A stretch of 64,000 nucleotides of DNA from an uncultured Clostridia bacterium (GTDB lineage Bacteria; Bacillota; Clostridia; TANB77; CAG-508), in the NCBI GenBank assembly GCA_947306755.1, contig CAMZHI010000003.1:6489-70488 (forward strand). The letters run 5' to 3'. The notes below the pieces were generated by a model. The model was not told the DNA's origin. It saw nothing but the letters and a program-made list of their open reading frames with translations, and searched no databases. Position numbers and translations under genes: made by a program. Positions within the stretch are counted from its first letter, which is position 1; each line of letters begins with the position of its first letter. Shown here in pieces: positions 1 through 10,273 of this stretch.

Positions 1-381
1 TAATCCAAAAAAATCTATTTCTTTTATATGTAAATAAGTTGCTTCTGCCATATTGGATAAAACATAAATTTTATAATCTTGAGATTTCAATTTTTTGGCA
101 ATATCAACAATACTTTTATTTACTTGTAAATTTTTATACCATTCATGCAAAGTTGTTTCAATTAAATTATAAAATACTTTATCATTTCTTTTTTGTATTT
201 CAATTATAGCTTCATCATTTGATATCATTCCTGTTTCCAACAACTTCCATTCTGGTGCTTTTAAAAATTTTTCTTCTATAAATATCTTTTCTTCTTCATT
301 TTTTGCATATTGTTTAATTATAGATGAGTGAGTACCTTTTATAATTACATTTCCTAAATCAAAAATTATATTTTTAATCAT
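1..381 (-). CDS. HAD-superfamily hydrolase, N-terminal ~127 codons (3' end lies beyond window start)
   Basis: Not in the ORF track. Own translation from ATG 381-379 gives MIKNIIFDLGNVIIKGTHSSIIKQYAK... IFDLGNV resembles HAD motif I. The start overlaps the stop of the upstream PHP gene by 8 nt. Confidence 0.5.
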   Translation of the reverse strand, partial: MIKNIIFDLGNVIIKGTHSSIIKQYAKNEEEKIFIEEKFLKAPEWKLLETGMISNDEAIIEIQKRNDKVFYNLIETTLHEWYKNLQVNKSIVDIAKKLKSQDYKIYVLSNMAEATYLHIKEIDFFGL

Positions 382-1255
382 CATTATTATTTCCTTTTCT
401 TAAACAAAACTTATCTAATATTTCTCCTAATTCGGTATGTCCTAAAGTTTGTCTTTTATCTGTATGAAAATCACTTCCACCACTCATAATTAAATTATTT
501 TGCTTGCAAAAATTTATTAAAAAATTTGCTTGTTCTTTATTATGCTTCGAATGAATACACTCAATTCCATCTAAAATATTTAGCTTATGCATTTCATTTA
601 AAAAATGGATATTATCGATAGATTTATATTCAAACACATGTGGTAAAACCACAATTCCACCTGCTTTATGTATTTCATTTGCTATTTCTACCGCAGTAGG
701 TAGTCCTTTTGTAAAATCAATATAAAATGGACTATTTGGATTTGTTACTTGTCCAAGCCAAAAACTATTTTTTCTGTCTTTTCCTAGTATTTTGTCTAAA
801 ATATCATCATTTTCTTTATGTTTCTGCATATCACTTTTTATAATATCATTTGCACGTTCACTTGGTTTTGTTATTTTCAAATCAGAACTTAGCTTTATTC
901 CCATTGTTTTGCAGACTTCTTTAAAAAATTCTAAATTCTTCTCTTCTTCTTTCATTAAGTCTTCTTTTGTTCTTTTGTCTATAAATTTACTATTTTTTAA
1001 TTTCTCAACATCAAAATTATAGCCTAATATATGAAAATCTCTTTTGTCATACACAAAATCAAATTCAATTCCTGTTATAATTTTTCCATTGTAGTATTTT
1101 TTTATGTCCATATCCTTTAATTCTTCATAAGCTCCTAAGACATTATGGTCACAAAATGAAATTGTATTAATATTTTCTTCCTCTGCCATTTTTAATATTT
1201 CTTTAACTGTATAATATCCATCTGAATGATTTGAGTGTATGTGTAAATCTATCAT
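374..1255 (-). CDS. PHP-domain phosphoesterase
   Basis: ORF 374..1273. The N-terminus MIDLHIHSNHSDG is the classic PHP metal-binding motif. Start set at the internal ATG (MIDLH), which follows an AAGGGCGG Shine-Dalgarno-like stretch. Confidence 0.7.
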   Translation of the reverse strand: MIDLHIHSNHSDGYYTVKEILKMAEEENINTISFCDHNVLGAYEELKDMDIKKYYNGKIITGIEFDFVYDKRDFHILGYNFDVEKLKNSKFIDKRTKEDLMKEEEKNLEFFKEVCKTMGIKLSSDLKITKPSERANDIIKSDMQKHKENDDILDKILGKDRKNSFWLGQVTNPNSPFYIDFTKGLPTAVEIANEIHKAGGIVVLPHVFEYKSIDNIHFLNEMHKLNILDGIECIHSKHNKEQANFLINFCKQNNLIMSGGSDFHTDKRQTLGHTELGEILDKFCLRKGNNNDD

Positions 1256-1476
1256 ATTAAACCGCCCTTTCATTTAATATGTTTATTTCTTAATTTTTTA
1301 AATCATTATTAGCACATGCTTCTTTGTTACTTGCCTTTATAATTTGGTATAACATACTTAAAACTTCATTTCCAACATTTATCATTCTAATTCATTATAC
1401 AACACATTTATAAAAATTAAAAGACTATCCCAAAATACTTTAGAATAATCTTTTTATATTTCATTTTACAGGATAT

Positions 1477-1888
1477 CTACTTTGATTTAATTACCTCTTT
1501 ATAAATCTTTGCAATATCATTTTCATCTTTAAATCTATTTTCCATAGGACACATTCCCGTATGCTCCTTATTTATTATAAATGGCACCTTTGTTTTATAC
1601 TCAAATTTTATATTATTTTGCTCTAATACAGGTATTGCATATTCACTTAAAACATCTGCATAAATTTCTTTTACACCTGAGACTGCTAGTAGACTTACTG
1701 CAAGTTTTCCAATTACTTTATCTGCAATACATGCTCCGATTAAGTGCATTTTCATCATTTTTTAATATTTCTTTGATATCCTTAATTCTATCTTGATAGT
1801 ATTCTTTTATTTCTCCATTTGAATATCCTACAACTAATGAAGCATTTTTTAAATACAATATTTCTTTTAATTCTTCTAATTTAGTCAT
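1477..1888 (-). pseudogene. DUF1893 (TM1506-like) gene split by a frameshift
   Basis: An ATG at 1888-1886 opens a 54-codon frame (MTKLEELKEILYLKNASLVVGYSNGEIKEYYQDRIKDIKEILKNDENAL...) that stops at about 1720. The rest (..LIGACIADKVIGK...TGMCPMENRF) is ORF 1477..1758 in another frame. The shift lies within about 1735-1763, which contains an A6 run. Confidence 0.5.
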
Positions 1889-2447
1889 CTAACTTTATCC
1901 CCTTCTTAACTATCATTGCTAAAACTGGTACTAAAGCAAGTTGAAGTATTATTCCTGGTATTCCTGATTTTATACTTTGCATTACAGAAATTCCATAGCC
2001 ATTTAATCCAAATAAATTAACTGATGCAAATAATACTCCTGCATATAGTATTCTTCCTAATATCATTGTAGCTATTAATGAAATATATGAATTAAATTTT
2101 TTATTAAATAATCCTAATAGAATTCCATATATAATTAATTCTATCAACATATATGGCATTCTAGCTAAAGCAGGCATTCCTGTTAATAAATAACTAAATA
2201 TAACTGAACTTCCCGCAACAATACAACTAGAAGTCATTCCAAAAACTATAGCTGAAATTAATACCATCAAATGCATTGGTAAAAATGTAACTCCTGCTGA
2301 ACTTCCAACTAATATATGAAATATTCTAGGAATAGCAATTCCTAACCCACTAAATAAAACTGTTCCTATTATATATTTTGCCTTTTTAGTAGATAATATT
2401 TCTACTAATTTATTTGTTTTTTTAACCGAATCTACTTTTTCCGTCAT
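1881..2447 (-). CDS. Polytopic membrane protein, ECF-transporter S-component-like
   Basis: ORF 1881..2468, five or six hydrophobic helices. Start placed at ATG (MTEKVD), 8 nt after GGGAGG. Its stop overlaps the start of the DUF1893 frame. Confidence 0.45.
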   Translation of the reverse strand: MTEKVDSVKKTNKLVEILSTKKAKYIIGTVLFSGLGIAIPRIFHILVGSSAGVTFLPMHLMVLISAIVFGMTSSCIVAGSSVIFSYLLTGMPALARMPYMLIELIIYGILLGLFNKKFNSYISLIATMILGRILYAGVLFASVNLFGLNGYGISVMQSIKSGIPGIILQLALVPVLAMIVKKGIKLDD

Positions 2448-2460
2448 TTTAAATTCCTCC

Positions 2461-3558
2461 CTATTCAAAAGTTTCTGATACTTTTGTTAATAAATTTCTA
2501 ATTTCTAAATGTTGTGGACATATTTTTTCACATTTTCCACATTTTATACAATCTGATGCTTTACCATTTCCATTTTGTGTATGAACATTATAATAATATC
2601 CTGCATTCCAATCTTGAAATTGAATTTTTGCATTATAGCAAGAAAACAAATCTGGAATTGATATTTTCATTGGGCATCCCTCTACACAATATCTACAAGC
2701 GGTACAAGGAATTCCGCCTGTATTTCTTAATAGTTCTCCTATCTTCAATACTGCTTCCATTTCTTTATCATTTAATGGATTAAACTCTTTCATATAATCT
2801 ACATTATCTTTAAGTTGTTCAAAATTACTCATACCTGATAAAACCTTATACATTCCATCAAAACTAGCTGCAAATCTAACAGCATAGCTTGCATAAGACA
2901 TACCTTGATTTAACTCATCAATTATTTTTTTTGCTTCATCTGGTAAATTTACCAATCCTCCCCCTTTTACAGGCTCCATTACTAAAATAGGTTTATTATA
3001 TTTACGACAAACTTCATATACTTTTTTAGATTGAACACTACTTGATAGATAATCTGCATAATTAAATTGAATTTGAACTATTTCTACTTCTGGATGGTCT
3101 GTTAATATTTGTTCTAGCATTTCTGCATTATCATGAAATGAAATACCTAAATGTTTTATTTTTCCTTCATTTTTAAGTTTTAAACACTCTTGATAAGCAT
3201 TTGTTTTTTGAAAATGCTGATATGTATTTCTATCTTGTGCATGCATTAAATAATAATCAAAATATTTAACACCACACCATTCTAATTGTTTTTCAAAAAA
3301 AGTTTTAATATCACTTTGTGAATTAAAGTATGGTTTAGTTAGTTTATTTGTTAAAACATAACTTTCTCTAGGATACCTTTTAGCTAAACATTCTCTAATT
3401 GCTATTTCGCTTTTTTCTCCCAAATATCCATGTGCAGTATCAAAATAGTTAAAACCTTGCTCCATATAATAATCTATCATCTTATTAAATTCATCATAGT
3501 TAACTTCTCCTTCATTCATCGGCAGTCTCATACATCCAAATCCTAATTTCTTTTCCAT
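2461..3558 (-). CDS. Aldo/keto reductase with C-terminal 4Fe-4S ferredoxin-type domain
   Basis: Has the AKR N-terminus (LGFGCMRLP, FDTAHGY) and two C-terminal Cys clusters (CTACRYCVEGCP, CIKCGKCEKICP). Confidence 0.8.
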   Translation of the reverse strand: MEKKLGFGCMRLPMNEGEVNYDEFNKMIDYYMEQGFNYFDTAHGYLGEKSEIAIRECLAKRYPRESYVLTNKLTKPYFNSQSDIKTFFEKQLEWCGVKYFDYYLMHAQDRNTYQHFQKTNAYQECLKLKNEGKIKHLGISFHDNAEMLEQILTDHPEVEIVQIQFNYADYLSSSVQSKKVYEVCRKYNKPILVMEPVKGGGLVNLPDEAKKIIDELNQGMSYASYAVRFAASFDGMYKVLSGMSNFEQLKDNVDYMKEFNPLNDKEMEAVLKIGELLRNTGGIPCTACRYCVEGCPMKISIPDLFSCYNAKIQFQDWNAGYYYNVHTQNGNGKASDCIKCGKCEKICPQHLEIRNLLTKVSETFE

Positions 3559-3673
3559 ATAGATTCTCCTTTTTCCAAGCTAGATTTTAATATAACTCTC
3601 ATACTCTCAAAATCATATCTAGTTTTCTATAATATATCATTTTATTGAATAGAATTCAACAAATTGTAAAAAT

Positions 3674-3695
3674 AAAGGGAGAAAAATCTCCCTTT
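3674..3695 (-). terminator. Rho-independent terminator after the ABC operon
   Basis: Perfect 9-bp stem AAAGGGAGA / TCTCCCTTT, followed by a T-run on the minus strand. Confidence 0.6.
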
Positions 3696-3718
3696 AAATA
3701 CTCAATTTTGTTTCTATA

Positions 3719-6292
3719 TTACTCATTTCCTTTTAAGCTTGATACCATGTCTATTTTCTTAATTTTTTTAGCTAAAAATTGATTTACAATGTAAACAACA
3801 ATAAATGTTCCAATACCGGAAAATATAAAGGTTGCTGGTTTTATCATTGCTTCAAAATCATAGCTATCTCCAATAGCATTTTTGAATATATAGTCTGTCA
3901 TATAGTTTCCTAGTGGTAAAGCAATAATTATTGCGAAAACACCAATCCATATATTTTGCTTTATAAATATTTTCTTTATTTGTTTATACTTAAAACCCAA
4001 AACTTTTAAAGTTGCAAATTGATATTCTTTTTCTGTAAATGATAATATTCCTAAATTATATATAATTACAACTGCAAGAATTATTGAAACTGCAATAAGT
4101 ACAATAATTAAAGAATACATCATATTTAACATACTATTCATACCATCTTCTAAATTCTTTTTAGTTTGAATAGTATTTACTCCTTCAATTTCTTTTATAT
4201 TACTTAAATCATTATTTGTATATACACTATCTGCTTTATATTCTTCATTCAAAGTATCGAAAAATATTTTAGTACAATTAAATGCCTGAGATTGTGGATC
4301 TCTATTTAATCCTACAATCTTTGTTTTATACCAATTATCTGAACCAACAATATGCCATTCTACAATATCTCCAATTTTCAAATTATTAACTTGTGCCATT
4401 TTTTCAGTAATATATAATCCATCATCTTTCATTTTAAATGGTGTTTTAGAATGATCTGTTACTTGTAATAATCCGTTTGAATCATTTATAGTTAAAGTTT
4501 TTATAACTATGTCATCCTTATTTTTAAATTCTATTCCAACTGTTTGTGATGTATTATTTCCATATTTTGAAATAATCTCATCATATTGTTTGTTTGTATA
4601 ATCAGAGCTTAAACTTAGCTTGTATCCAAAATTATTAATTGTTTCAAATTCCCATGCGACATATGCTTTTAATGAATCAAACATTCCAAATGCAGTAACA
4701 ACAAGCATTGTACAACCTGCAATTCCTACCACTGCCATAATTGTTCTTGCTTTTGAACGAGCTACATCTCTAATGTTCCATTTTGTAGATAGTGATAATT
4801 TATTAAATACTTTTTTAGTTGTAAAACCATTTTCTTTCACTTTCACTTTTGGTCTTTCAATTCTTAAAGCCTGTGCTGCTGGTTCTTTTAGTATTCTTCT
4901 GCATGACAAATATGTAACAAGTGTTATAATTATTACTATTCCTACTGCCACCTCATAAACAAGTGGAATTGTAACTATATTGTAATATGGAATTTCATAA
5001 TAAACCATTTCCATCTCTAAAAAGTAATTACCAATTAAAAGATTTCCTAACACTATTCCTAAAATACTAGCAATAATAGAAATAAATAAGCCATAATTTA
5101 CATACATCCTAGTTATTTTACTTTTTCTTATTCCAAGTGCTTTTAATGTTCCTATTTGTGTTCTTTCTTTTTTTACAAATCTATTCATTGTTGTTACAAC
5201 CGATAGAATTGCTATGAAAACAAATAGCCCAGAAAATACTCCTGAATAAGTATCTCCTTCTTCTGCCTCTCTTTTATATCCTTCATAAGAAAAATTATCA
5301 TCTCTTAATGTAGCTGTAATAATATCATTAACACTATCTTTTATTTTATTTTTAGTTTCATTTACTTTTGAAGTATCATCTACATCAGCTATTGCATAAG
5401 TAAATATATAGGTATCTTCTATTTTAAAATCTTTATCTAATGCTTTTATAAATTCTTCTTTATGCTCTTTATAGTTATCTAATAATTCCAATGCTTTTGA
5501 TAAATCAATATCATCAATTCCATCAATCTCATTTGTTATAATGCTTGGAATTTTTGAATAATCTGTTATTCCATATTTTGAAAGTATATCTTTCAAATCT
5601 TTTAAACTATTAATGGCATCTTGAACTTCATCTGTTTCTAACACCTTATCATATATATAATTCTTTGGAAATTCATTTATAGATAAATAGGCAAAGCCAT
5701 AATCATTATGAGCAGGAAATATTGCACTTTCATCTTTTATAAAATAAACATGATCTGGAACTTCTACTAACCCCATAACTTTTTCTTTAAAATTATTTCC
5801 TTCAATAGAAAGTTCTAACTCATCTCCTACTTTAATTCCTATATTTTTGGCTAAATAATAATCAAGCCATAATCCTGTTTTGTCTTTTGAATATTCTTCT
5901 CCGTCCATAAGATACATTCTGTTTATATCATTGGTTTCAATGAAATTACACTCAATTACTAAATCAGATATTGGTTTATTGTTATCAGGATTAATGAATC
6001 TTTCTGAATCAATTACATTAGCATTTATTGTAAGTAATCTTTCAACATTTTTTACATTATCAATTTTTTTTATTTCTTCTAATTTATCTACTTTAAAATT
6101 TTCAGATGTAAGCCATATATCTTGTAAATTTTGATTTTCATAATAGATTTTACTGCTTTCTCTCATCCCATCCATATAGGCATGAACACCTGCAAAAGCA
6201 AATACAGCTAAGAATACCATTAAAAATATAGTTATAAATTGTGATTTATTTTTCCAGATATCTCTAAATATCTTTTTATTTAATGTTCCCAT
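3719..6292 (-). CDS. ABC transporter permease, FtsX/MacB-type (two FtsX modules, large extracytoplasmic domains)
   Basis: 857 aa with two blocks of four TM helices in MacB/FtsX arrangement. Sits directly downstream of the ATPase gene. Confidence 0.8.
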   Translation of the reverse strand: MGTLNKKIFRDIWKNKSQFITIFLMVFLAVFAFAGVHAYMDGMRESSKIYYENQNLQDIWLTSENFKVDKLEEIKKIDNVKNVERLLTINANVIDSERFINPDNNKPISDLVIECNFIETNDINRMYLMDGEEYSKDKTGLWLDYYLAKNIGIKVGDELELSIEGNNFKEKVMGLVEVPDHVYFIKDESAIFPAHNDYGFAYLSINEFPKNYIYDKVLETDEVQDAINSLKDLKDILSKYGITDYSKIPSIITNEIDGIDDIDLSKALELLDNYKEHKEEFIKALDKDFKIEDTYIFTYAIADVDDTSKVNETKNKIKDSVNDIITATLRDDNFSYEGYKREAEEGDTYSGVFSGLFVFIAILSVVTTMNRFVKKERTQIGTLKALGIRKSKITRMYVNYGLFISIIASILGIVLGNLLIGNYFLEMEMVYYEIPYYNIVTIPLVYEVAVGIVIIITLVTYLSCRRILKEPAAQALRIERPKVKVKENGFTTKKVFNKLSLSTKWNIRDVARSKARTIMAVVGIAGCTMLVVTAFGMFDSLKAYVAWEFETINNFGYKLSLSSDYTNKQYDEIISKYGNNTSQTVGIEFKNKDDIVIKTLTINDSNGLLQVTDHSKTPFKMKDDGLYITEKMAQVNNLKIGDIVEWHIVGSDNWYKTKIVGLNRDPQSQAFNCTKIFFDTLNEEYKADSVYTNNDLSNIKEIEGVNTIQTKKNLEDGMNSMLNMMYSLIIVLIAVSIILAVVIIYNLGILSFTEKEYQFATLKVLGFKYKQIKKIFIKQNIWIGVFAIIIALPLGNYMTDYIFKNAIGDSYDFEAMIKPATFIFSGIGTFIVVYIVNQFLAKKIKKIDMVSSLKGNE

Positions 6293-6307
6293 ATTCTATT
6301 TCCTTTC

Positions 6308-7018
6308 TTACCATTTTATATCATCAATTTTTTTAGGACTTTCGTTTTTTATAACACTTTCTATTTTTCCATTCTTAACATGTACTACTGTATCGCTAAT
6401 TTCTGCAATTAAGCTATTGTGTGTTACTATTACAACTGTATTTGAACCATTATTGGCGTCACATTGTTTTCTTAGTAGTTTTAATACTTCTACTCCTGTT
6501 TTACTATCTAATGCTCCTGTTGGCTCATCACATAGTAATAATTTTGGATTCTTGGCAATAGCCCTTGCAATACTTACTCTTTGTTGCTCTCCTCCAGATA
6601 ATTGATTAGGAAATTTTTTAGAGTGTTCTAATAATCCCACTCCTTGTAATGCTTCATCTGTACTTATAGGGTTTTTCACTATATCTTTTACAATATCTAC
6701 ATTTTCTTTAACAGTTAAGCTAGGAAGAATATTATAAAACTGAAAAATAAATCCTACATTTTCTGCCCTATAATCTGAAAGTTTATTTTCATTATATTTA
6801 GAGATGTTTTCTCCATCAATAATTACTTCTCCATTTGTTGGAGTATCCATACCTCCTATTAAATTAAGTAATGTTGATTTTCCTGCCCCTGATGGTCCAA
6901 GAATAACTATCATTTCTCCTTTATTTAACGATAAGTCTATATTGTCTAAAGCTTTGAATTCGTTATCTCCTATTTTATAGACTTTACTAACATTTTTTAA
7001 TTCTACTATCTTTTCCAT
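6308..7018 (-). CDS. ABC transporter ATP-binding protein (MacB/LolD-like)
   Basis: Walker [10 protein letters not shown], signature LSGGEQQR, Walker [13 protein letters not shown]. Confidence 0.9.
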   Translation of the reverse strand: MEKIVELKNVSKVYKIGDNEFKALDNIDLSLNKGEMIVILGPSGAGKSTLLNLIGGMDTPTNGEVIIDGENISKYNENKLSDYRAENVGFIFQFYNILPSLTVKENVDIVKDIVKNPISTDEALQGVGLLEHSKKFPNQLSGGEQQRVSIARAIAKNPKLLLCDEPTGALDSKTGVEVLKLLRKQCDANNGSNTVVIVTHNSLIAEISDTVVHVKNGKIESVIKNESPKKIDDIKW

Positions 7019-7034
7019 AAATCCTCCATTCTAT

Positions 7035-7058
7035 AAATGTGACAAATGTATCACATTT
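7035..7058. promoter_or_regulatory. Candidate TetR operator (inverted repeat AAATGTGA-N8-TCACATTT)
   Basis: Perfect 8-bp inverted repeat between the predicted -10 and the RBS of the ABC operon. The 10-mer TATCACATTT recurs at 7107-7116. Confidence 0.5.
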
Positions 7059-7061
7059 TCT

Positions 7062-7090
7062 ATTATATACGCTCAAAAATATAAAGTCAA
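7062..7090 (-). promoter_or_regulatory. Sigma-A type promoter of the ABC exporter operon
   Basis: The minus strand reads TTGACT-17 nt-TATAAT (-35 at 7090-7085, -10 at 7067-7062). Confidence 0.55.
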
Positions 7091-7094
7091 TAGA

Positions 7095-7116
7095 ATATGA
7101 CATATTTATCACATTT
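7095..7116. promoter_or_regulatory. Second, imperfect copy of the candidate TetR operator
   Basis: ATATGACATATTTATCACATTT shares TATCACATTT with the first site and lies just upstream of the -35. Confidence 0.35.
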
Positions 7117-7126
7117 ATTGTTACAA

Positions 7127-7382
7127 GATAATGGTTACGTGAAATGATATATAAGAAATAGTGATATATAAATAATCTAAGAAGTTTCGAATGTGATTGG
7201 AGAAGGGATAATCATTTCTTTAATATAAATTAATGAGGAAGCGATGGCTTGCGAAGCAAGAGCAGCGAGAGGCTCGTTAATTTATATTTTAGAAATGATA
7301 TCACTTCGTATTGAGCCGAGAAACTTTGAAGAGTATTTATATATCACTATTTTTATATTTTTTCTAGTGTAAACCATTATCC
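7127..7382. repeat. Long imperfect palindrome (~110-bp arms, 35-nt GC-richer centre), MITE-like or cruciform element
   Basis: The left arm from GATAATGGTTACG... pairs with the right arm ...GTAAACCATTATC. Matching blocks include AAATAGTGATATATAAATA and ATCATTTCT..AATATAAATTAA. The centre GCTTGCGAAGCAAGAGC is itself a small hairpin. Confidence 0.6.
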
Positions 7383-7394
7383 AGTTACCATTTA

Positions 7395-7422
7395 TTGACT
7401 TATATTTTTATTATGTTATAAT
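7395..7422 (+). promoter_or_regulatory. Sigma-A type promoter of the TetR gene
   Basis: TTGACT-16 nt-TATAAT, about 35 nt upstream of the GGAGG RBS. Confidence 0.5.
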
Positions 7423-7457
7423 TGTTTTAAATTTAGAGATTTTGGAGGATTACTTAT

Positions 7458-8066
7458 ATGTCTGAAGTTGAAATTAGAGAACCTAAACAAACGCGTTCTA
7501 TTGAAACTAAAGATAAAATCATAGAAGCAGGTTTTGAATTAATTTGTACTGATGGGTTTTATAATACAAACACTTCTAAAATAGCAAAAAAAGCAGGTGT
7601 CTCTACTGGAATCATATATCAATATTTTAAAGATAAAAAAGATATTTTGTTAAATGGTCTTGATAAATATGCAGATGATATTTTTTACCCTATGCTAAAT
7701 ATGTCTAATATAAAATTTGATAAAAACAATTTTGCAGATATAATGAAAAATATGATAAAAAAGTATATTAGTAATCATAAATTATCTCATACAGCTCATG
7801 AAGAAATTACTGCTTTGGCTCATTCTGATAAAGATGTAGCATATTTTTTCTATAAACGAGAAATGGATATGACTTATAAATTTGGATCTGCACTTACTGA
7901 AAATGGATTTGATATTGTAAATCTCAATGAGAAAGTTCATATTGTACTTGGATTAATTGATAATCTTTGTCATGAAATAGTTTACCACAAGCATAAGGAA
8001 TTGGATTATGAAATTATGACTGATGTTGTGGTAAATGAAATTGTAAATATATTAAAACAAGACTAG
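7458..8066 (+). CDS. TetR/AcrR family transcriptional regulator
   Basis: The N-terminal HTH (TSKIAKKAGVSTGIIYQYFKDK) is typical of TetR_N. Divergent from the ABC exporter. Confidence 0.85.
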   Translation: MSEVEIREPKQTRSIETKDKIIEAGFELICTDGFYNTNTSKIAKKAGVSTGIIYQYFKDKKDILLNGLDKYADDIFYPMLNMSNIKFDKNNFADIMKNMIKKYISNHKLSHTAHEEITALAHSDKDVAYFFYKREMDMTYKFGSALTENGFDIVNLNEKVHIVLGLIDNLCHEIVYHKHKELDYEIMTDVVVNEIVNILKQD

Positions 8067-8078
8067 CTTTAGCTAGTC
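8061..8078 (+). terminator. Hairpin overlapping the TetR stop codon
   Basis: GACTAGCT TT AGCTAGTC is a perfect 8-bp inverted repeat followed by a T-rich tract. Confidence 0.4.
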
Positions 8079-8157
8079 TCTATATTTTAAATTTCTTAGA
8101 AATCCCACCCATTTTTGTTTGTATATAATATTAAAATCTTACGATTACTTTAATTAA

Positions 8158-8634
8158 TTACAAATTTAACAATTCTTTTTTCTTTTTATTAAATTCTTCT
8201 TCAGTAATTATTCCTTCATCTAATAATTTTTTGTACTTTCTTATTTCATCAAAATTATCATTTTTGTTCTTTTTAGGAACAGCTTCTTCTTTCACTTCTT
8301 CTACATTATCTTCAGTTTTGCTTGGAAGTGAAGTAATCATCTTATTTAGAGTATTTTTAAGGAGTTCTATCTTCTTCTTTAAACTAAAGTTTTGGCCAAA
8401 AACTCCTGGATTATAGAAAAAATAATCACAATCAAACATATCGGTTGATTTTTTCCCTTTTGGAACAAACTGAACATAACCATATAATTTATTTGTTGCG
8501 CAATAAGTTTCTACTCTTGAATATTCTCTAAGATTAAGTACTCTATCTCCCATACTAATAAGACCTTTTTCTTTTCTTTTAGAAAGTTCATATGCTCGTT
8601 CTTCTTTTTTTTCTTTTATCTTTTCATTCATCAT
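8158..8634 (-). CDS. SHOCT-domain protein
   Basis: The C-terminus KYKKLLDEGIITEEEFNKKKKELL matches the SHOCT short oligomerisation motif. Overlaps the upstream gene by 4 nt. Confidence 0.6.
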   Translation of the reverse strand: MMNEKIKEKKEERAYELSKRKEKGLISMGDRVLNLREYSRVETYCATNKLYGYVQFVPKGKKSTDMFDCDYFFYNPGVFGQNFSLKKKIELLKNTLNKMITSLPSKTEDNVEEVKEEAVPKKNKNDNFDEIRKYKKLLDEGIITEEEFNKKKKELLNL

Positions 8635-9125
8635 TGATCTGCAGCCATAGATATACCTGTAGCGACAAGATTTCCTTTTACAAGACTTTTACCTAATCTT
8701 CCAATATTAGATAAAGTTTTAAGTTCATCATCATTATCGTCATCATCTATATCATGATCTATGTATTCATCAAATCTGCTAATCAATTCATCTTTTTTAG
8801 ATTCGCTTTTAGTAGTTACAATACAATAATCATTAAATACTAATAATTTTTGTCCTGCCTTTCCATCTAACGATGTTACAAATCCTTTATCTATATATTC
8901 ATTAAAATAGTCTTCCACAGATTTTTTAATTTGTATCATATTAGGATTTGAAGACACTATTGATAATACATTATTTTTAGTATTAACTAGTTCCTCCATT
9001 GATGTAAAATTTCTATCTTTCCAATCAGAAAGTCTTATTAGATTAGCACAATTTTTACATAAACAAACATCTGAAAAATTTGATGTAAAAAACACTTTCG
9101 CATTACATACTTTGCATATAGCCAT
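8631..9125 (-). CDS. Hypothetical protein with N-terminal zinc ribbon
   Basis: ORF 8631..9194. Start moved to ATG (MAICKVCNAKV...), 8 nt after GGAGG. Two CxxC pairs and an acidic D-rich tract. Confidence 0.5.
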   Translation of the reverse strand: MAICKVCNAKVFFTSNFSDVCLCKNCANLIRLSDWKDRNFTSMEELVNTKNNVLSIVSSNPNMIQIKKSVEDYFNEYIDKGFVTSLDGKAGQKLLVFNDYCIVTTKSESKKDELISRFDEYIDHDIDDDDNDDELKTLSNIGRLGKSLVKGNLVATGISMAADQ

Positions 9126-9288
9126 AATCATTACCTCCTCGTAATAGTCTTTGTTTTTTTCGCGAGTCTTATCTACAAGATAATTATACCACATTTTTAA
9201 ACTTTATGTGTTTCTTCTTATTGTCTATAATTTATAAATAAATTTCGAATATCCCTCTCAACAAAATAATACTTTTATGGTGTACTCA

Positions 9289-9420
9289 TTATATATATTT
9301 TACCCCTGTACCACCTGATGTGCAAAATGGAATTATTGTTTTACCATTTAAATTAGTTTTTTCCATAAAAGTTTGTATAATTCTAGGTGTATCTCCCCAC
9401 CAAATTGGATAACCTATTAG
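9289..9420 (-). pseudogene. Flavodoxin C-terminal fragment
   Basis: Own translation gives LIGYPIWWGDTPRIIQTFMEKTNLNGKTIIPFCTSGGTGVKYI*. It parallels IGYPIWWYQMP...IIPFNTHEGSGSSG of gene 16286..16924. No start codon or N-terminal half. Confidence 0.55.
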
Positions 9421-9440
9421 TATTTATTTTATTTAATAAT

Positions 9441-9490
9441 GGATTTAAGTGTAATCCCAAATGAATTGGCATCATTATAAATCCCCAGCT
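9441..9490 (-). pseudogene. DUF4405-like membrane protein fragment
   Basis: GTAATCCCAAATGAATTGGC resembles GTAATCCCAAATGCATTGAC inside gene 16921..17592 (peptide ..HLGLH..). The order fragment-then-flavodoxin-fragment mirrors the intact pair. Confidence 0.45.
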
Positions 9491-9499
9491 TATCAATCC

Positions 9500-10255
9500 C
9501 TATAAATAATTATATACTTCATCTTCAACTGGTTCTAGCCACTCATTTGTTGCATTCTCTCCTGGTATTTCTACTGCAATATGACTAAACCAAGAATCAT
9601 TTTTTGCTCCGTGCCAATATTTAACATTTGCAGGAATTACTACAATATCTCCAACTTTTAAGCTTCTAGCCTTTTTTCCTTCTTCTTGATACCAGCCTTC
9701 TCCTTCAACACAAATTAAAACTTGACCTCCACCTGTTGTAGCGTGGTGTATATGCCAATTGTTTCTACAACCCGGCTCAAAAGTTACATTTGCAAAACTA
9801 ACTCCTGATTCTGTTTTATCTAACATCTTTAAGTAAGAATTACCAATAAAATATTTAGCATAATTTACATTAGGCTCTCCCATCCCGAAAGCTCCTCCAT
9901 GCGTTGTTCCTTTATCTGTATTATTATTTTGTATTTCATCTGCATATACTTCTTTAACTAAATTAAATACTGCCCAAGCATTTGGCCATCCGCTATAGAA
10001 TGCTGCATGTGTAACAATTTCTGCCATCTCTGATAATGTAATTCCATTCTTTTTTGCATTCATAATATGATATTTTAATGAACTATCTACTAAACCTTTT
10101 CCCATAAATACACATATTGTTACTAAACTTCTATCTCTTAAAGATAGTTTATCTTCTCTTGACCAAACCTCTCCAAATAATACATCATCATTTAATTTAG
10201 CAAATTCTTCTGCAAAATCTCCTAATTGATCTCTACCTGCCGTCTGTTTCACCAT
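9500..10255 (-). CDS. Carboxymuconolactone decarboxylase-family domain fused to a cupin domain
   Basis: The N-terminal LGDFAEEFAKLNDDVLFGEVWSRE is typical of the CMD family. The C-terminus has a cupin pattern (NNWHIHH...GGGQVLICVEGEGW). Confidence 0.7.
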   Translation of the reverse strand: MVKQTAGRDQLGDFAEEFAKLNDDVLFGEVWSREDKLSLRDRSLVTICVFMGKGLVDSSLKYHIMNAKKNGITLSEMAEIVTHAAFYSGWPNAWAVFNLVKEVYADEIQNNNTDKGTTHGGAFGMGEPNVNYAKYFIGNSYLKMLDKTESGVSFANVTFEPGCRNNWHIHHATTGGGQVLICVEGEGWYQEEGKKARSLKVGDIVVIPANVKYWHGAKNDSWFSHIAVEIPGENATNEWLEPVEDEVYNYL

Positions 10256-10273
10256 TTTTATACCTCCATATAA

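Noticed and set aside
792-1022. Antisense or shadow ORFs in the supplied track. Examples: 792..1022, 1581..1796, 2514..2783, 4620..4958, 5880..6134, 6417..6605, 8231..8416, 14216..14548, 14762..15019, 14825..15055, 22251..22562, 23661..24017, 38178..38672, 39374..39739, 44702..45211, 49910..50239, 63266..63601.
   Set aside because: They lie entirely inside longer ORFs that have clear family motifs on the opposite strand or in another frame. They are low-complexity (F/L/I/S-rich), as expected from AT-rich antisense sequence, and they lack RBS support.
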